From the human T2T-CHM13v2.0 reference genome, Homo sapiens, in NCBI RefSeq assembly GCF_009914755.1, contig NC_060946.1: a stretch of DNA of 64,000 nt. One strand, written 5' to 3'. The position numbers and the translations under genes are program-made. The notes beneath the pieces were generated by a model, which ran no database searches, had not been told where the DNA came from, and saw nothing but the letters and a program-made list of their open reading frames with translations. Positions 27,918-49,274 of the stretch are shown one piece after another. Position 1 is the first letter of the stretch, and each line of letters begins with the position of its first letter.

Positions 27918-29852
27918 AAACTGCCTGAGGCTTTTCTTGCAGAGGTGTCACTCTTTTTAGAAATATATCTATGGTGGTTTGCTTGGCTTGTTTTTCTTTC
28001 CCATTATAAATTTGCGTTCCGCAGGTAATGCACCATAAACATTCCTCTGTATTAGTGTAAACCTTTCGTTGTTGGGATCTTTTAAAGCACTTGTTAGGGT
28101 CTGCAAAAGCTTCTGCTAACTCCTTCACTGTAAATTTTCTTGGGGGTTCTTTTTTTTTTCTCTCTCACTTGCAGTTTCCTTTTCTCTTGCCTCTTCTCCA
28201 ACTATGTTCTTGTTACACTTCCAATAGCTCCTCATTATTCAGTTCCTCAGGACCTTTAGGACCTCCTCAATATCATCTTCCTCCACATCCAGGTTAAACT
28301 TGTTTTCCATCTCAACCACAGCCTTGTTGGTTTTTGCAACCTCCTCGTCCTTGACAAATCCTTTGAAGCCAGGGACAAACTTCTTGAGTGTTATCTTTCA
28401 GATGCCATTCGTACGCTCCTTGACAGCATCATCCCAAGCCCAACAAAAAATCTTTTTTTCTTTGCTCTAGACTTTATTATTTATTTGCTTTCCTTTCTTT
28501 AATTTTTATTTTAAGTTCTGGGGTACATGTGCAGGATGTGCAGGTTTGGTTATATAGCTAAACATGCGCCATGGTGGTTTCTTGCACCTATCAACCCACC
28601 CCCTAGGTATTAAGCAAACATGCATCAGCCATTTTTTCTAATGCTCTCCTTCCCCACACCATACCCACTGACAGGCCCCAGTGTGTGTTTTCCCCTGCCT
28701 GTGTCCATGCGATCTCATTGTTCATCTCCCACTTATAAGTGAGAACAAATGTGCCAAACAAAATTTTTGATGCAGTCATAGATGTTGTAATCCTTCCAGA
28801 ATTGCATCAGTGTCTTCCTTAGTTGCAGCAATAGCCTGGGCAAAGGTCCTCTCCACGTAGTAGACCTTAAAAGCTGCTACTCCTTGATCCATTGGTTGGA
28901 TCAAAGGGGTGGTGTTTGGAAGGACAAATGACACCTCGATATTGGAAAGAAAGACGATGTGTAAGAGCATTATCAACAATAAGCAAAATCTTGAAGACTA
29001 TGTTATTCTCCAAACAGTAATTCTCCAATTCACTGATACAGCAATTTGGAAGTGTATCTTGGAAAAGGCGCTTGGAAAAGGACTTCTCAGTGCTCCTGTA
29101 GTACACTGGCCATGTGTGCTTATTGATACGCCTGAAGGCCCTTGGGTTCTCACAGTGCCAGATCACAAAGGGTTACAATTTGTAGCCTGTACCATTCTTC
29201 CCAAGTAAGACTATTATCCTGTCCTTACAAGCCTTGAAACCAAATATTGACTTGGCCTCCTTATGTATAAAAGTCATTTTCAGGCATCCCTCTCCAGAAT
29301 AGGGAGGATTCATTCATATTGAAGATTTGCTCTGGCAAGTAATTTTCTTCCACAATCAGCTTGCTAGAATTTTCAAAATTTCATCTGCCTTCACATCAGC
29401 ATGCACAGACTCACCACTTACTTTCACATATGTCATGAATAGTGATTCTTTAAACCACCCAGGGCTGGCAGTAAATGCAGCATGGTAGTTGGGTTCAGCC
29501 TTTTCCTTCAACATCTCAAACAAACTTTTTGCTTTGCCCATGATCATCATCATGCTAAGAGGGATAGACTTCTGAGTCTGGTCCTCAATCCAGGTCATTA
29601 GAAGTGTCTCCCTATCTGATATGGGCCCCTCCTGAATTTTTCTCAGCCTTGTTGTCTTCAGTGAAGCAGATCTTTTAACAGTTTCTGTCCCTTTGTTCTT
29701 GTTCTTCAAGATAGTAGCTATGGTGGAATGGGACTTGCCTTCCTGGCAAACAGTAACCACCACTGATTTTCCACCTTCGTTGTCTGTCATCACTTTTAAT
29801 TTTGTTTCCAGGTCAGTCACTTGATAAGTCCTCTTACTGACAGCATTAGCCA
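27918..29852 (-). pseudogene. Tigger3 pogo-family transposase pseudogene
   Basis: CENP-B-like HTH domains (LETKLKVM...STIATILKNK; LLMTWIEDQ...FTASPGWFK) and DDD motifs IFNMNES, LLIVDNA, IQPMDQG in broken frames. Confidence 0.9.
28453..28752 (-). mobile_element. L1PA (about PA8-PA10) 3' UTR fragment in the Tigger3 transposase
   Basis: ttaagttctggggtacatgtgcaggatgtgcagg ... cccacttataagtgagaac; approximate TSD gcccaacaaaa / gccaaacaaaa. Confidence 0.9.
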
Positions 29853-31673
29853 TAAATTTTGCATGCCTAGGGTCCCACAATGAACAAAACACCACCAGAT
29901 TAAATCAAGCACAACAGGAAGTGATGAAATAAAGAGATTGTAAATAGATGTGTAAGGTTGCAACATGGCATACTGTTTTACAGTTAAAAAAGCAAACATG
30001 TTTTTAGAAATAGAAGGAGTACACTCTAAAATCACAATAAAATGTATAGGATAGTAAAGACATAAACCAGTAATATAGTCATTTATTATCATGATCAACT
30101 ATTATGTACTGTACTTAATGGAATGCGTGATACTTTTATATGATTGGTGATACAATGTAGGTTTGTTCACACCAGCATCACCAAAAACATGAGTAGTGCA
30201 TTGTACTGTGACATCATGATGGCTATAGTGAGCAATAGGAATTTTTCAGCTCCATTATAATCTTATGGGACCACCGTCCTATATGTGGTCCATCATTGAC
30301 CAAAGTGTCATTATGCAGCACGAGAAGGTGGTGTTGTTGTTGTTGTTATTGTTGTTTGTCTTTGTTACTGGAGGTCTATTTTGAATCCTAGTTGAGCTGT
30401 AAAGCCCTGAGAAATTCTGAGGACTTGACAAATAGGAATAATAACATGTGTCCCACAAAATAATTATCTGAGGGTTAAATAAAACTATTTATTTAAGGTT
30501 CAGACACAATTCCTGGACTACAGAAGATGTCAGTAACTTATATAGGGCAGAAGAATTATGCTGCTTTTAAACAGGTAATTTTTTTTATTTTTACAACTTT
30601 TCACATACTTTTAGCTTCTAATATTATGTTGATAAATAATTGCTTTCTTTTAAAAAATGAGATATTTTCTTGAAAGAAGAGGAAAAATTTTAAAAACCAA
30701 AGAATATGGTTTTCTCTCTGTTAAACCAAAATTTTACAATTGGCCTCAAATGGTCAGTCTATTTCTTTCCTGTGTGTCTTCTTGCAAACATATCTGATGA
30801 AGTCCTTTTTGAAAGTATGATACTGGCACAAGAATAGACAGGCAGATCAATGAAATAAAACAGCCCAGAAATAGATTCCAGTATGTATAAGAATTTAATG
30901 CATGATAAAGGAGACATTACATACCAATGTGAAAAGGAAGTATCATTTAACAAATGGTGCTGGGACCTCCTGATAACAATTTAGAGGGGAAAATCTATTT
31001 TAAACACTTATTTCATATAATGCAGAGAAATCAATTTTAGATGAGTTAAAGAATTAAATATAAAAATATCAAATCTTAGAAAAACTAGAGGGAAAAAGGT
31101 GAATAAGAACTTAATCTCCATAGGAGTAAGAACTTTCCAAGCTTAGAGCCATAGAATAAAACACAAAGGAGATCAACAGGTTCAAGTGCCTAGAATTTAA
31201 TTTTTTAAATCCTAACACAGAGACATAGAAAAGCTGAAGTCAGACTTGAAATAATAGTTCCAGCAAATCTAAACAATGTGATAACTCTTTCTTATAAATG
31301 GCTTATATCAGTCAGGATAAAAGAACACTAAGTTCTAGATCAATAAATGGGCAAAAACATTCACAGAAATTCACATATAAGGAAAAGATACCTGATAAGC
31401 ATGTGGTAGAAGATCTAAGCTCATCAGTAATTAAGAGAGTAATACATTTTAAGAATAAAGAATTAATTTTTTAAAACCATAGATTTGGCAAAATTATTTT
31501 TAAGAACATTTAACATTAGAAAGGATGTAGAGAAAATATCACACATATCTATTGTATGCAGTAGTATGAATTTGTTTAATACTTTACAAAACATTTTAAT
31601 AATTTGTACTAAGAGACTTGGAAATATTTCAGCTAGTTTGGGGCTATATTTCTAATTTTCAGAATATAAGCAA

Positions 31674-31980
<307 letters not shown>

Positions 31981-32154
31981 GCAAAAATTTTTTTAAATGT
32001 TAGGAAAAGGAAGAAACAGAAGAGGAGAGAATGAGCCATTGGCAAAAGGTTTGCTATAGCATTAAACTAATAAATAATTATAAATAACACTAATAGGAAA
32101 AAAATTGAGTCAATTATGATGCATTCATCCAGGCTTTATATTGTATTATTACAA

Positions 32155-32645
32155 ATATCATTCAGGGTTCTAAAAGGAAACAGATGATAAAGTCAACCTG
32201 GAATAATTTGATACAGGTTCAGGAAATAATCAATTTACAAAGAGTGTACAGAGAATAGGAAACCATCTGAGATAGTGCTGTACCCCAGAGCTAGTAACAG
32301 GAGAGCTGTCACTAGCTCTAAGCCTAATGAGGTGAGGGAAAAAAGCAATTGCCAGAACTTGGAAAAAGAGTGTCTTGGAGACACCTAGTCGACGATGACA
32401 GCGGTTGTGACTTCTTTAAACCAAGGGACACACCATCTCAAAGCCACCCCATATGGAGGGATCCAGCAGAATAAATATTCTAATACCATTTCTCCTCTCC
32501 AATAACCAGCTCAGGTCCCCCGCATGGCAAAGCTGGAGGGCAAGCACACATTTGAGGTCATCTGTACCCATCAGCCTCCCAAGGCACAGGACAGGAAAAA
32601 CAGCACACATAGATCAGGAGGGAGAGAAGGAAGACATCCATTACA
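32155..32645 (-). mobile_element. LTR33-like ERVL solo LTR
   Basis: cagggttctaaaaggaaacagatg ... gatagtgctgtaccccagagctagtaacagg ... ggaagacatccattaca. Confidence 0.7.
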
Positions 32646-32814
32646 CTGGAGAAAAACTGTATGAATTTGCTCTTATGGTATGATCTAAAATATTAAATTT
32701 GAGAAAAAGTAGAAATCAAAAAAATACAATAAAATGCTAAGTTTTGGATTAAGGTCATAGAATTGTTAGTAAATTTTTCCTTTTCTTCTTCTTTTCCAAA
32801 TTTTGGGTTTATTA

Positions 32815-33130
<316 letters not shown>

Positions 33131-34110
33131 CTATTTTCTTTAAACTTTGCATTTTCAGCACAGGTGTTTAGCAAATCACAAGCATTTAATAAAATTTAAA
33201 GAATCAGTCCTCTGAACCTGAGCAACTACTCTTCTCTGCCATATTATTGGAAAGTTGTTGTCCCCCACTCCAGGAGACACAAACCCTGTCCCATAGCATA
33301 TCATTGCATAGTAGTGTTAACTCACTTTCACTTAATATTTAATTGTTAGCCATCACTAGCACCTTTTACATTAAGGTATCTGGGGTCAGGGCTGAGGTAA
33401 ATAAAAGAAAGAAAGCATTCACTGAAAACATCTCACTCCCTGCGTCTGTGCTGGCCACAATATTTAAGCTGATGATTATAGTCACCTTCTTCCACCACCT
33501 TTTTTCGTTGTTGTTTCTCTTACATTTTTCTAGTATCTCAGGAAGATGGGGATGCTGACCAAACTTTCATTTAGTGTTATCTGAGTCTCCAGAGATCTTG
33601 CTTTATTAGATTGCCTCAGTTTTCAATTAACCAAGATTGTTGCACAAAAAAGTAATAGGAGGCACCTTAGCGAATACCCTGGATTCTACATGTGACCTTA
33701 TTGTGTGGCAGAAATCCAATTTCCAATGATAATTGAGATCGACCTTGTTGGCCAGTATAGGGACTGGTCCTCTTTCTGTTGCCTTGTCAACATAATGAGT
33801 CCAAAAAGTCCAGAGGTCAATCTCAGTGCACAAATCATCAGAACCATGACTGTCTTTGGTGGTGGCACTGCTCCTGAGGTAGGAGACCTCCAAACCTACC
33901 AATCCTAAGGCTATCAGACAAGAAGCAAATGTTCTTTGAATGAGTTATTAGTCATAATAACGTGAGCGTCCACTCTCACCTCCACCTGAACTGATACATT
34001 CTGGCTATGTGTTTTAGCTACTGTGTTTAAGTATTTATCACATCCTATAGGACAGTACCCCAACCACCCAGTGTGCTCCAAGATGGTACCATAAATAAGC
34101 CTTTAATAAC

Positions 34111-35243
34111 TATATTAGGCCATTCTTGCATTGTTATAAAGAAATACCTGAGACTGGATAATTTATAAGAAAAGAGGTTTAATTGGCTCATGGTTCTGCA
34201 GGCTGTACAGGAAACATAGATCCAGCATCTGCTTCTGGAGAGGCCTCAGGGGGCTTTTACTCGTGGTGGAAGGGAAAGTGGGAGCAGGCACGAGGCGAAG
34301 GCAAAAGTAGGAACGAGAGAGAGAGAGTATAGGTTGAGGTGCTACACACTTTTTTTTATATGTACTTTAAGTTCTGGGAAACGTGCAGAATGTGCAGGTT
34401 TGTTACATAGGTATGCATGTACCACGGTGGTTTGCTGCACCCACAAACCTGTCATCTATATTAGGTATTTCTTATAATGCTATCCCTCCCCTAGCCCCCC
34501 ACCTTCTGGCAGGCCCCAGTGTGTGATGTTCCTCTCCCTGTCTCCATGTGTGTTCTCATTGTTCAACTCTCATTTATGAGTGAGAACATGCAGTGTTTGG
34601 TTTTCTGTTCTTGTGTTAGTTTGCTGAGAATGATGGTTTCCAGCTTCATCTATGTCCCTGCAAAGGACATGAACTCATCCTTTCTATGGCTGAATAGTAT
34701 TCCATGGTGTATACGTGCCACATTTTCTTTATCCAGTCTATCACTGATGGGCATTTGGGTTGGTTCCAAGTCTTTGCTATTGTGAATAGTGCTGCAATAA
34801 ACATACATGTGCATGTGTCTTTATAGTAGAATGATTTATAATCCTTTGGGTATATACCCAGTAATGGGATTTCTGGGTCAAATGGTATTCTGGTTCTAGA
34901 TCCTTGAGGAATTGCCACACTGTCTTCCACAATGGCTGAACAAATTCACACTCCCTGCAACAGTGTAAAATCGTTCCTATTTCTCCACATCCTCCCCAGC
35001 ATCTGTCGTTTCCTGACTTCTTAATGATCGCCATTCTAACTGGCATGAGACAGTATCTCATTGTGGTGCTACACAGTTTTAAATGACCAGCTCTCATGAG
35101 GACTCACTCACTATTGTGAAGACAGCCTCAATCCATGAGAGATCTGCCTCCATGGTCCAAACACCTCCCACTTAACCACACCTCCAGCACTGGGGGTTAC
35201 TCAACATGAGATTTGAGTGGGGACAGATATCCAAACTATATTA
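34111..35243 (-). mobile_element. MSTB-like MaLR LTR inserted in the ERVL internal region, itself split by L1
   Basis: tatattaggccattcttgcattgttataaagaaatacctgagactgg ... ccaaactatatta; flanks ataac / ataaa. Confidence 0.9.
34354..35064 (-). mobile_element. L1PA (about PA6-PA7) 3' fragment, ~0.7 kb
   Basis: ORF2 C-terminus ([25 protein letters not shown]) plus 3' UTR; TSD ggtgctacacactttt / ggtgctacacagtttt. Confidence 0.95.
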
Positions 35244-36397
35244 ATAAACATGTCATCATTTCATCAAGGCAGTTGCTACTGACAAGTGGAGAACCTAGTT
35301 AGGTCAATGAAGGTCATGGATATGTGTCCATGGCTACACTTCCTTGGTTATAAAATGACTTCCACAGTCAGAGGAGATGGTGTGTCAGATACCACAATAT
35401 AGATAAAGCATTCTGTAATGTTGTACCAAGAATGTTGGTACTAACAGAGAAGTTTTGGGGAGGGAATGAAATTCATACTTGGAATTTGTGCCTATATCAC
35501 TATTAGAACAAAGGGTTACCCCATTCAGGAAGGGAGGAGAGCAGTAATATCAACATTTTAACAGATAGCTGCCTGGTTTCCTCTGAATGGTGCCATATCC
35601 AGGGCTCAGAGTTGGCTTCTGATGCTGACAAATTAGGCCCTCAGCACTGGCACAGCCAGACCAGTACTAATGAGGGGAAGACCATGATGCTGAAACTGTG
35701 AGTGGGCTCCATCCCTGCTGTCATGCCCCTTTGTATATGAACCTATTGAGCAAATCCCAAGGTATCTAGGGAAAGAAGTTGACTAATATACACAACACAT
35801 TATTTCTGGTCCACCTGATTAATAAGAGCTTCCTCTACAATGAATTTGTCAGGTAGGAATGTGTGTAGACTATAAAGGTCCTCACTCTCTTTATCTACCC
35901 TGGGAGGTCCAGGTCCATACCTCCCTTACAGATCTCTTTGTCCCCAATCTTCAAATCTTGGTTTTTTTTTTACCCGCAAGCAGCTAGCCAACTCATTAGT
36001 CACTGCTCATGAGTCAGTGTAAGGATTTCAGCATGAGGAGCATGCTAAAATCTGATGTTCACATCATCTGCTGCACAGACTATCTTCTTTCCCCATGAAT
36101 TGGGTAACCAGATGCAGAACCTGAGGTTCTGCTCATTTAAATATTTTTCTTCATTGATCCCTCTCAAAAAACATCCAGAGTTGGGGCTGAAATGCAGCAG
36201 CCATCCATTTCCAGCTTATGCTGTTATACTTTGCAGATCTGCCATTAAACCAGACCCATTGCTTTGTCTTCCTTCATTAACCAGCCCTAGAGAATTCCCC
36301 ATAAAGCAGAAGGTGTGAATTGCGGGAGAGGAAGCAAAGCAGCAGAAGAAACTCTAGGGAAGTCTGTCCCATCCATAAGTGCAATTTACTTCTATCT

Positions 36398-36476
36398 TCC
36401 AGAATAACTCAGGCCCAGTCTCATATATTCCATTTATCCAGAATAACTCAGGCCCAGTCTCATATATTCCATTTAT
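36398..36476. repeat. Perfect 39-bp tandem duplication
   Basis: tccagaataactcaggcccagtctcatatattccattta twice. Confidence 0.97.
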
Positions 36477-37254
36477 ACTTTATAATAAAATGCTGCCGTG
36501 TGAGCCAATTTTATGCTTCAGTGTATCAAATAACATCAAGGTCACCATGAACAGCTTAGGTCTTACAGTCACTTGTTATCTCCTGCCTAGATATTCAGTC
36601 TCTACCGGGGTCAGTGGATGCTTTTCAAATCGAAAATGGTAGTCCCAGAAGAAGGACTCATTACAAACCCTAGGTGTCAAGCAACTTTTGGGTCTTGCTA
36701 GAGCTTCCATACGGCATCACTCTTTGCTATAGATGTTTCCAATACCAATGAGTCTACAGCATTTAAAAGCGCTATAACATTTTGCACTACAGACTGGACT
36801 TGTTAGAGCCTTACTTTGCTCTGAGCCTCATTAAAAACTGCCATCATTATGAGTTTCTCAATAAATAGGTCAGAGGAGCATGTGAAATCTGACGTATGTT
36901 GGCCTGAAAAACACAAAAAGGCTCACTAAGTGTGGTGCATATTTCTTTGTGGTGGACGAGGTAAGGTACAGCAACCTGCTTATGACTTCAGTGGCATAAT
37001 GCTCATAAGCATAGGGCCATTTGACCTGAGAAACTTCATCAGGATAACTGGCATCTGAAATTTCACACCATTTGTCTTCTATCTTCCTACATAGATGTAA
37101 GAAGATACTTATTAAGGTATGTGGTGTGTTTCATATTTCTTGCTGACCATAAGAATTAGTATATTATCATCAGGGTAACAGACCATGATGACATTTGATA
37201 GGTTGTAACGATGGCCCCTCCAGACCACAATGACAAAGACCAAGAGAGCTGACA

Positions 37255-37590
37255 TAGGCCTAAGTCTCAAGGGAGAGGGAAGAAAGTGGTTACTGGAACC
37301 CGAAAGGAGAAAGTCATGTGAAGAAGGTTTCCTTGACAGGATCCCTTGAGCTTCAGCTGAGGAATAAAAATCAGTCCCACAAGAGAGCAGTGAGAAAAAA
37401 AAAATAACCCAACATAATTTTCCTTCCTCCTTCTGATGTCCTGCTGGGACTCCCCATTAGCCAAATGCCAACTGGGAGACAGAGGGAAAAGAAACTGTTG
37501 GTGTGTCCATTCCAGACTCCCAGACATGGGAGCAGGGTTAAAGAGAGTGGATGTGGACAAAGTGAAGGTATCTGAGAGAGTGCAGAGAAG
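37255..37590 (-). mobile_element. Partial LTR33-like ERVL LTR
   Basis: aagggagagggaagaaagtggttactggaaccc ... ctccccattagccaaatgccaactgg; similar to 32320-32640. Confidence 0.6.
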
Positions 37591-37849
37591 CCATGTTTGC
37601 CCTAGTGAGATGATTAACATTAGTAATAGATATTTGGTGGAGGTCAGGGGAGAATAAACCAAGTGAAACGTCCAGGTTTTTGTTTGATTACAGATGTTTT
37701 ATTACTTTGATAAACCTATTTTTCAAATCGTGATGTGAACTAGATTGTAAACTCTTTAGGCACTATGACTTTTAACTCTTTGTCCCTAGATTCCAGTATT
37801 ATAATTTGGAAATAATAGATACTTATTTTTATAATAAACAATGTAACAC

Positions 37850-38520
37850 ATGTATTTTAAAAGTTCAAATCACACATTTTTTCAAGAGCATACAGAAAAA
37901 TATATATTTACCAAAATTGACAATTTGCTGAACGATAAAGCAAGTGTCAACAAATTTTAATGAACTGAGCCCATACAGAATATGTCCTCTGGCCACAGTG
38001 GAAATGAGTTAGATATTAGTAATAACAACACAACTGGAAAATCCCTACATGATTGGAAATGAAGCAGTCTGCTTCTACATCACCCTTGAGTCGAGGAAGA
38101 AATCACAGTGGAAATTAGAAACTACTTTGAACTGAATGATAATGGAAATAATTTCCATACTTAGAGGAAAATTTATAGCCTTAAATGCATCTGTTAGGGG
38201 AGAAAAAAAATCCCAAAAGCCAATGACCTGCATATCTTTCTGAAAAGACTAACTATAGAACATAGTTAGATCTATGAAATTATAATTTTTGAAAAAATTA
38301 CTTAGAAATTTATGAAATAACAAGCATACAATAAAGATTTAGGGGAAAAAAAGCCAAAAGTTGATCTATTAAAAAGCCTAATCGAATTGAAAAAAACAAA
38401 TTCTTCCAGATGTCAATCAAGAAGAAAAGGAAAGAAAACTCAAAATGACCAACATCAGGAATGAAAAAAGAGACTTAAGAGACTTAGACGAACAATCAAT
38501 AGGATACTTCTTAAAATATA
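37850..38520 (+). mobile_element. Old L1M ORF2 fragment (endonuclease C-terminal region onward)
   Basis: accaaaattgacaatttgctg ... tctggccacagtggaaatgagttaga ... agaggaaaatttatagccttaaatgca. Confidence 0.8.
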
Positions 38521-38529
38521 ATAAAAGAG

Positions 38530-42359
<3,830 letters not shown>

Positions 42360-42730
42360 TGTGGCAGACACCAAGATGTGCTACTTTACCCACCTTCAAA
42401 AAAAAAAAAAAAAAAAAAAAAAAAGATTCACTGCATAGTTACATTAGGAGAACGATTGCCTGGAAGCCTCAATCTTTTAACTTTTTAGGGATCACCTCAA
42501 ATTTTAAGCTGAGGTCACACCTGTTTCAGATAGCCTCAATTCATTGACTAAGCAAAGTGATAGTTAATGTCCTAGAGATTCTTACATATAATGTGAAACT
42601 TCTCTAACAGGCCATCTTTGCTCCAGAGTGCCCACCTCCGCTGTCCAATCCTGCTTTTCTCCTTTTTTCAAAGCTGTTACTCCAAAATAAACTTTTTCAA
42701 GCGAACTCCGTTCTCTCTGTTTTAAATGCG
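42360..42730 (+). mobile_element. 3' LTR (LTR16-like)
   Basis: tgtggcagac directly after the PPT; aataaa at ~42686. Confidence 0.7.
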
Positions 42731-43311
42731 TGCTACAAAATAGTATGGTATTATTTTCAAAAAATTATGAATGATAGAAAAATAAATATGTACTTAAAAT
42801 ATACTAATTTTGGAATAGCGAAGTTACAAATGAGTTTTGTTACATTCTTATACTTATTCTATGTTCTCCAAGTTCTATGCATTGAACAAATTTGCAAGTT
42901 TGGAGTAAATATATTATTCCTTAACTAAAATAATATCTAAATAATATAGAGACATTGAAAGTAACTGTCCCCTGCCATACCTTTTGCTAGCATACACATA
43001 TCCATATTATTTATTCAACAAATATTTATTTAATGTCTACTATACGCCAGGCATTCAGCTGGGTGATAGGGATAGAGGGCTGAATAGAGTCCCTACCCTT
43101 GTGGACTTTGCTTTATTGTAGAAACTGCCTCAAATGTCTTTAATATTTTTGTCTTGTTATTAAACCACATAACCACAAGCTCTTTCTTAATGTATCAAAT
43201 TTTATACCTAATTTATGGATCTATCTCTATACTATCTATCTATATATCATTATCTTTAGTTGTTCTATTGGTAGAGTTACTATCTAATTTGTCATCCAAC
43301 CAGGACATTTT

Positions 43312-44146
43312 TGAGAGGAAAGAGGGTGCTGTTAATATATATGCCAAGATAACAGACAAGAATAGATACCATGCCAGGCAAATTTCTCATTGGTAACTTT
43401 TAAACTCTGAATGAAATACTAATATATTTATTTTTGTATCACATCAAGTATTCCCTACCCTTTCTTTAATCATCTGTTCTCCTCCCTTAACTGTCAATGA
43501 TTATTTTTATTTTTACTTTTAAATTGTCAAAGTAAATGATACTTAATTTTTAAAGTCATATTTATATCTTTGATGTTTTGCCTGAAGGTTAATTCTCAAA
43601 TATGAAAATCAATAACTGGTTTTATTATTTCTAGAACTTTGTAAATAGTTTTCACTATGAAGATAGTAATCGTTGTGATTACATTTTTAATGGAGTTTTG
43701 CTTTTTTATTCTGTAATTTCTAATTGCCTGTCTTTTTAAATTATTGCATATTTGGAACAAGTTTTCAATTCTTGATTTTGTTTAACTTCTCCTTCCAATT
43801 AAGTGTTCTTTAAAGTCTTCCACCCTGCTTTATTAGTTGTCACTTCTTCCTTCCTTAAGTCCTTCATCTGCTAATGAACCTACTGCTATTTTTTTACAGT
43901 TGTGAGATGAAAAACAGAGAGTGCCATTGATACATATGCCAAGATAATACACAAGAATAGATACCATGCCAAGTAAATTTGTCATTGGTTACTTTTAACT
44001 CAGAATGAAATGCTAACATCTCTTTTTTATTGCATCAGATATTACCTACCGTTTCTTGAATCATCCTTTCTCCTCCCCTTAACTGTCAACAATTATTATC
44101 TTTATTTTTACTCTTATATTGCAAAAGCAAATGATACTTAATTTTT
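43312..44146. repeat. Diverged ~240-bp direct repeat (43312-43551 and 43905-44146)
   Basis: Constant 595-bp offset at both ends; best 60-bp block 54/60 identical. Confidence 0.9.
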
Positions 44147-44369
44147 CCTTTTTTTTCTTTTTTTATTATACTTTAAGTTTTAGGGTACATGTGCACATTG
44201 TGCAGGTTAGTTACATATGTATACATGTGCCATGCTGGTGCGCTGCACCCACTAACTCGTCATCTAGCATTAGGTATATCTCCCGATGCTATCCCTCCCC
44301 CCTCCCCCCACCCCACAACAGTCCCCAGAGTGTGATATTCCCCTTCCTGTGTCCATGTGATCTCATTGT

Positions 44370-48194
<3,825 letters not shown>

Positions 48195-48257
48195 TATGAT
48201 GTTAGCTGGTGATTTTGCTCGTTAGTTGATGCAGTTTCTTCCTAGTCTCGATGGTCT

Positions 48258-49274
48258 TTACATTTTGGCATGATTTTGCAGCGGTTGGTACCAGTTGTTC
48301 CTTTCCATGTTTAGTGCTTCCTTCAGGAGCTCTTGTAAGGCAGGCCTGGTGGTGACAAAATCTCTCAGCATTTGCTTGTCTGTAAAGTATTTTATTTCTC
48401 CTTCACTTATGAAGCTTAGTTTGGCTGGATATGAAATTCTGGGTTGAAAATTCTTTTCTTTAAGAATGTTGAATATTGGCCCCCACTCTCTTCTGGCTTG
48501 TAGGGTTTCTGCCGAGAGATCCACTGTTAGTCTGATGGGCTTCCCTTTGTGGGTAACCCGACCTTTCTCTCTGGCTGCCCTTAACATTTTTTCCTTCATT
48601 TCAACTTTGGTGAATCTGACAATTATGTGTCTTGAAGTTGCTCTTCTTGAGGAGTATCTTTGTGGCGTTCTCTGTATTTCCTCAATCTGAATGTTGGCCT
48701 GCCTTGCTAGATTGGGGAAGTTCTGCTGGATAATATCCTGCAGAGTGTTTTCCAACTTGGTTCCATTCTCCCCATCACTTTCAGGTACACCAATCAGAGG
48801 TAGATTTGGTCTTTTCACATAGTCCCATATTTCTTGGAGGCTTTGCTCATTTCTTTTTATTCTTTTTTCTCTAAACTTCCCTTCTCACTTCATTTCATTC
48901 ATTTCATCTTCCATTGCTGATACCCTTTCTTCCAGTTGATCGCATCGGCTCCTGAGGCTTCTGCATTCTTCACGTAGTTCTCGAGCCTTGGTTTTCAGCT
49001 CCATCAGCTCCTTTAAGCACTTCTCTGTATTGGTTATTCTAGTTATACATTCTTCTAAATTTTTTTCAAAGTTTTCAACTTCTTTGCCTTTGGTTTGAAT
49101 GTCCTCCCGTAGCTCAGAGTAATTTGATCGTCTGAAGCCTTCTTCTCTCAGCTCGTCAAAGTCATTCTCCATCCAGCTTTGTTCTGTTGCTGGTGAGGAA
49201 CTGTGTTCCTTTGGAGGAGGAGAGGTGCTCTGCTTTTTAGACTTTCCAGTTTTTCTGTTCTGTTTTTTCCCCAT
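48258..49274 (-). pseudogene. L1 ORF1 (338 codons) with one in-frame stop at codon 130
   Basis: ORFs 48885..49274 and 48258..48818 share a frame; REKG, ARR and YPAKLS motifs intact. Confidence 0.96.

Larger units (their letters stand above)
33300..37250 (-). mobile_element. ERV-L class internal region (RT, integrase, dUTPase-like), heavily decayed
   Basis: Minus-strand translations IMVCYPDDNI (~37160-37190, decayed YIDD), QKPTLSPGYGTI (~35585-35620), ILANKVDLNYH (ORF 33627..33902). Confidence 0.75.

Noticed and set aside
36398-36476. Direct repeats as a possible CRISPR-like array
   Set aside because: Two abutting copies with no spacer, in eukaryotic DNA
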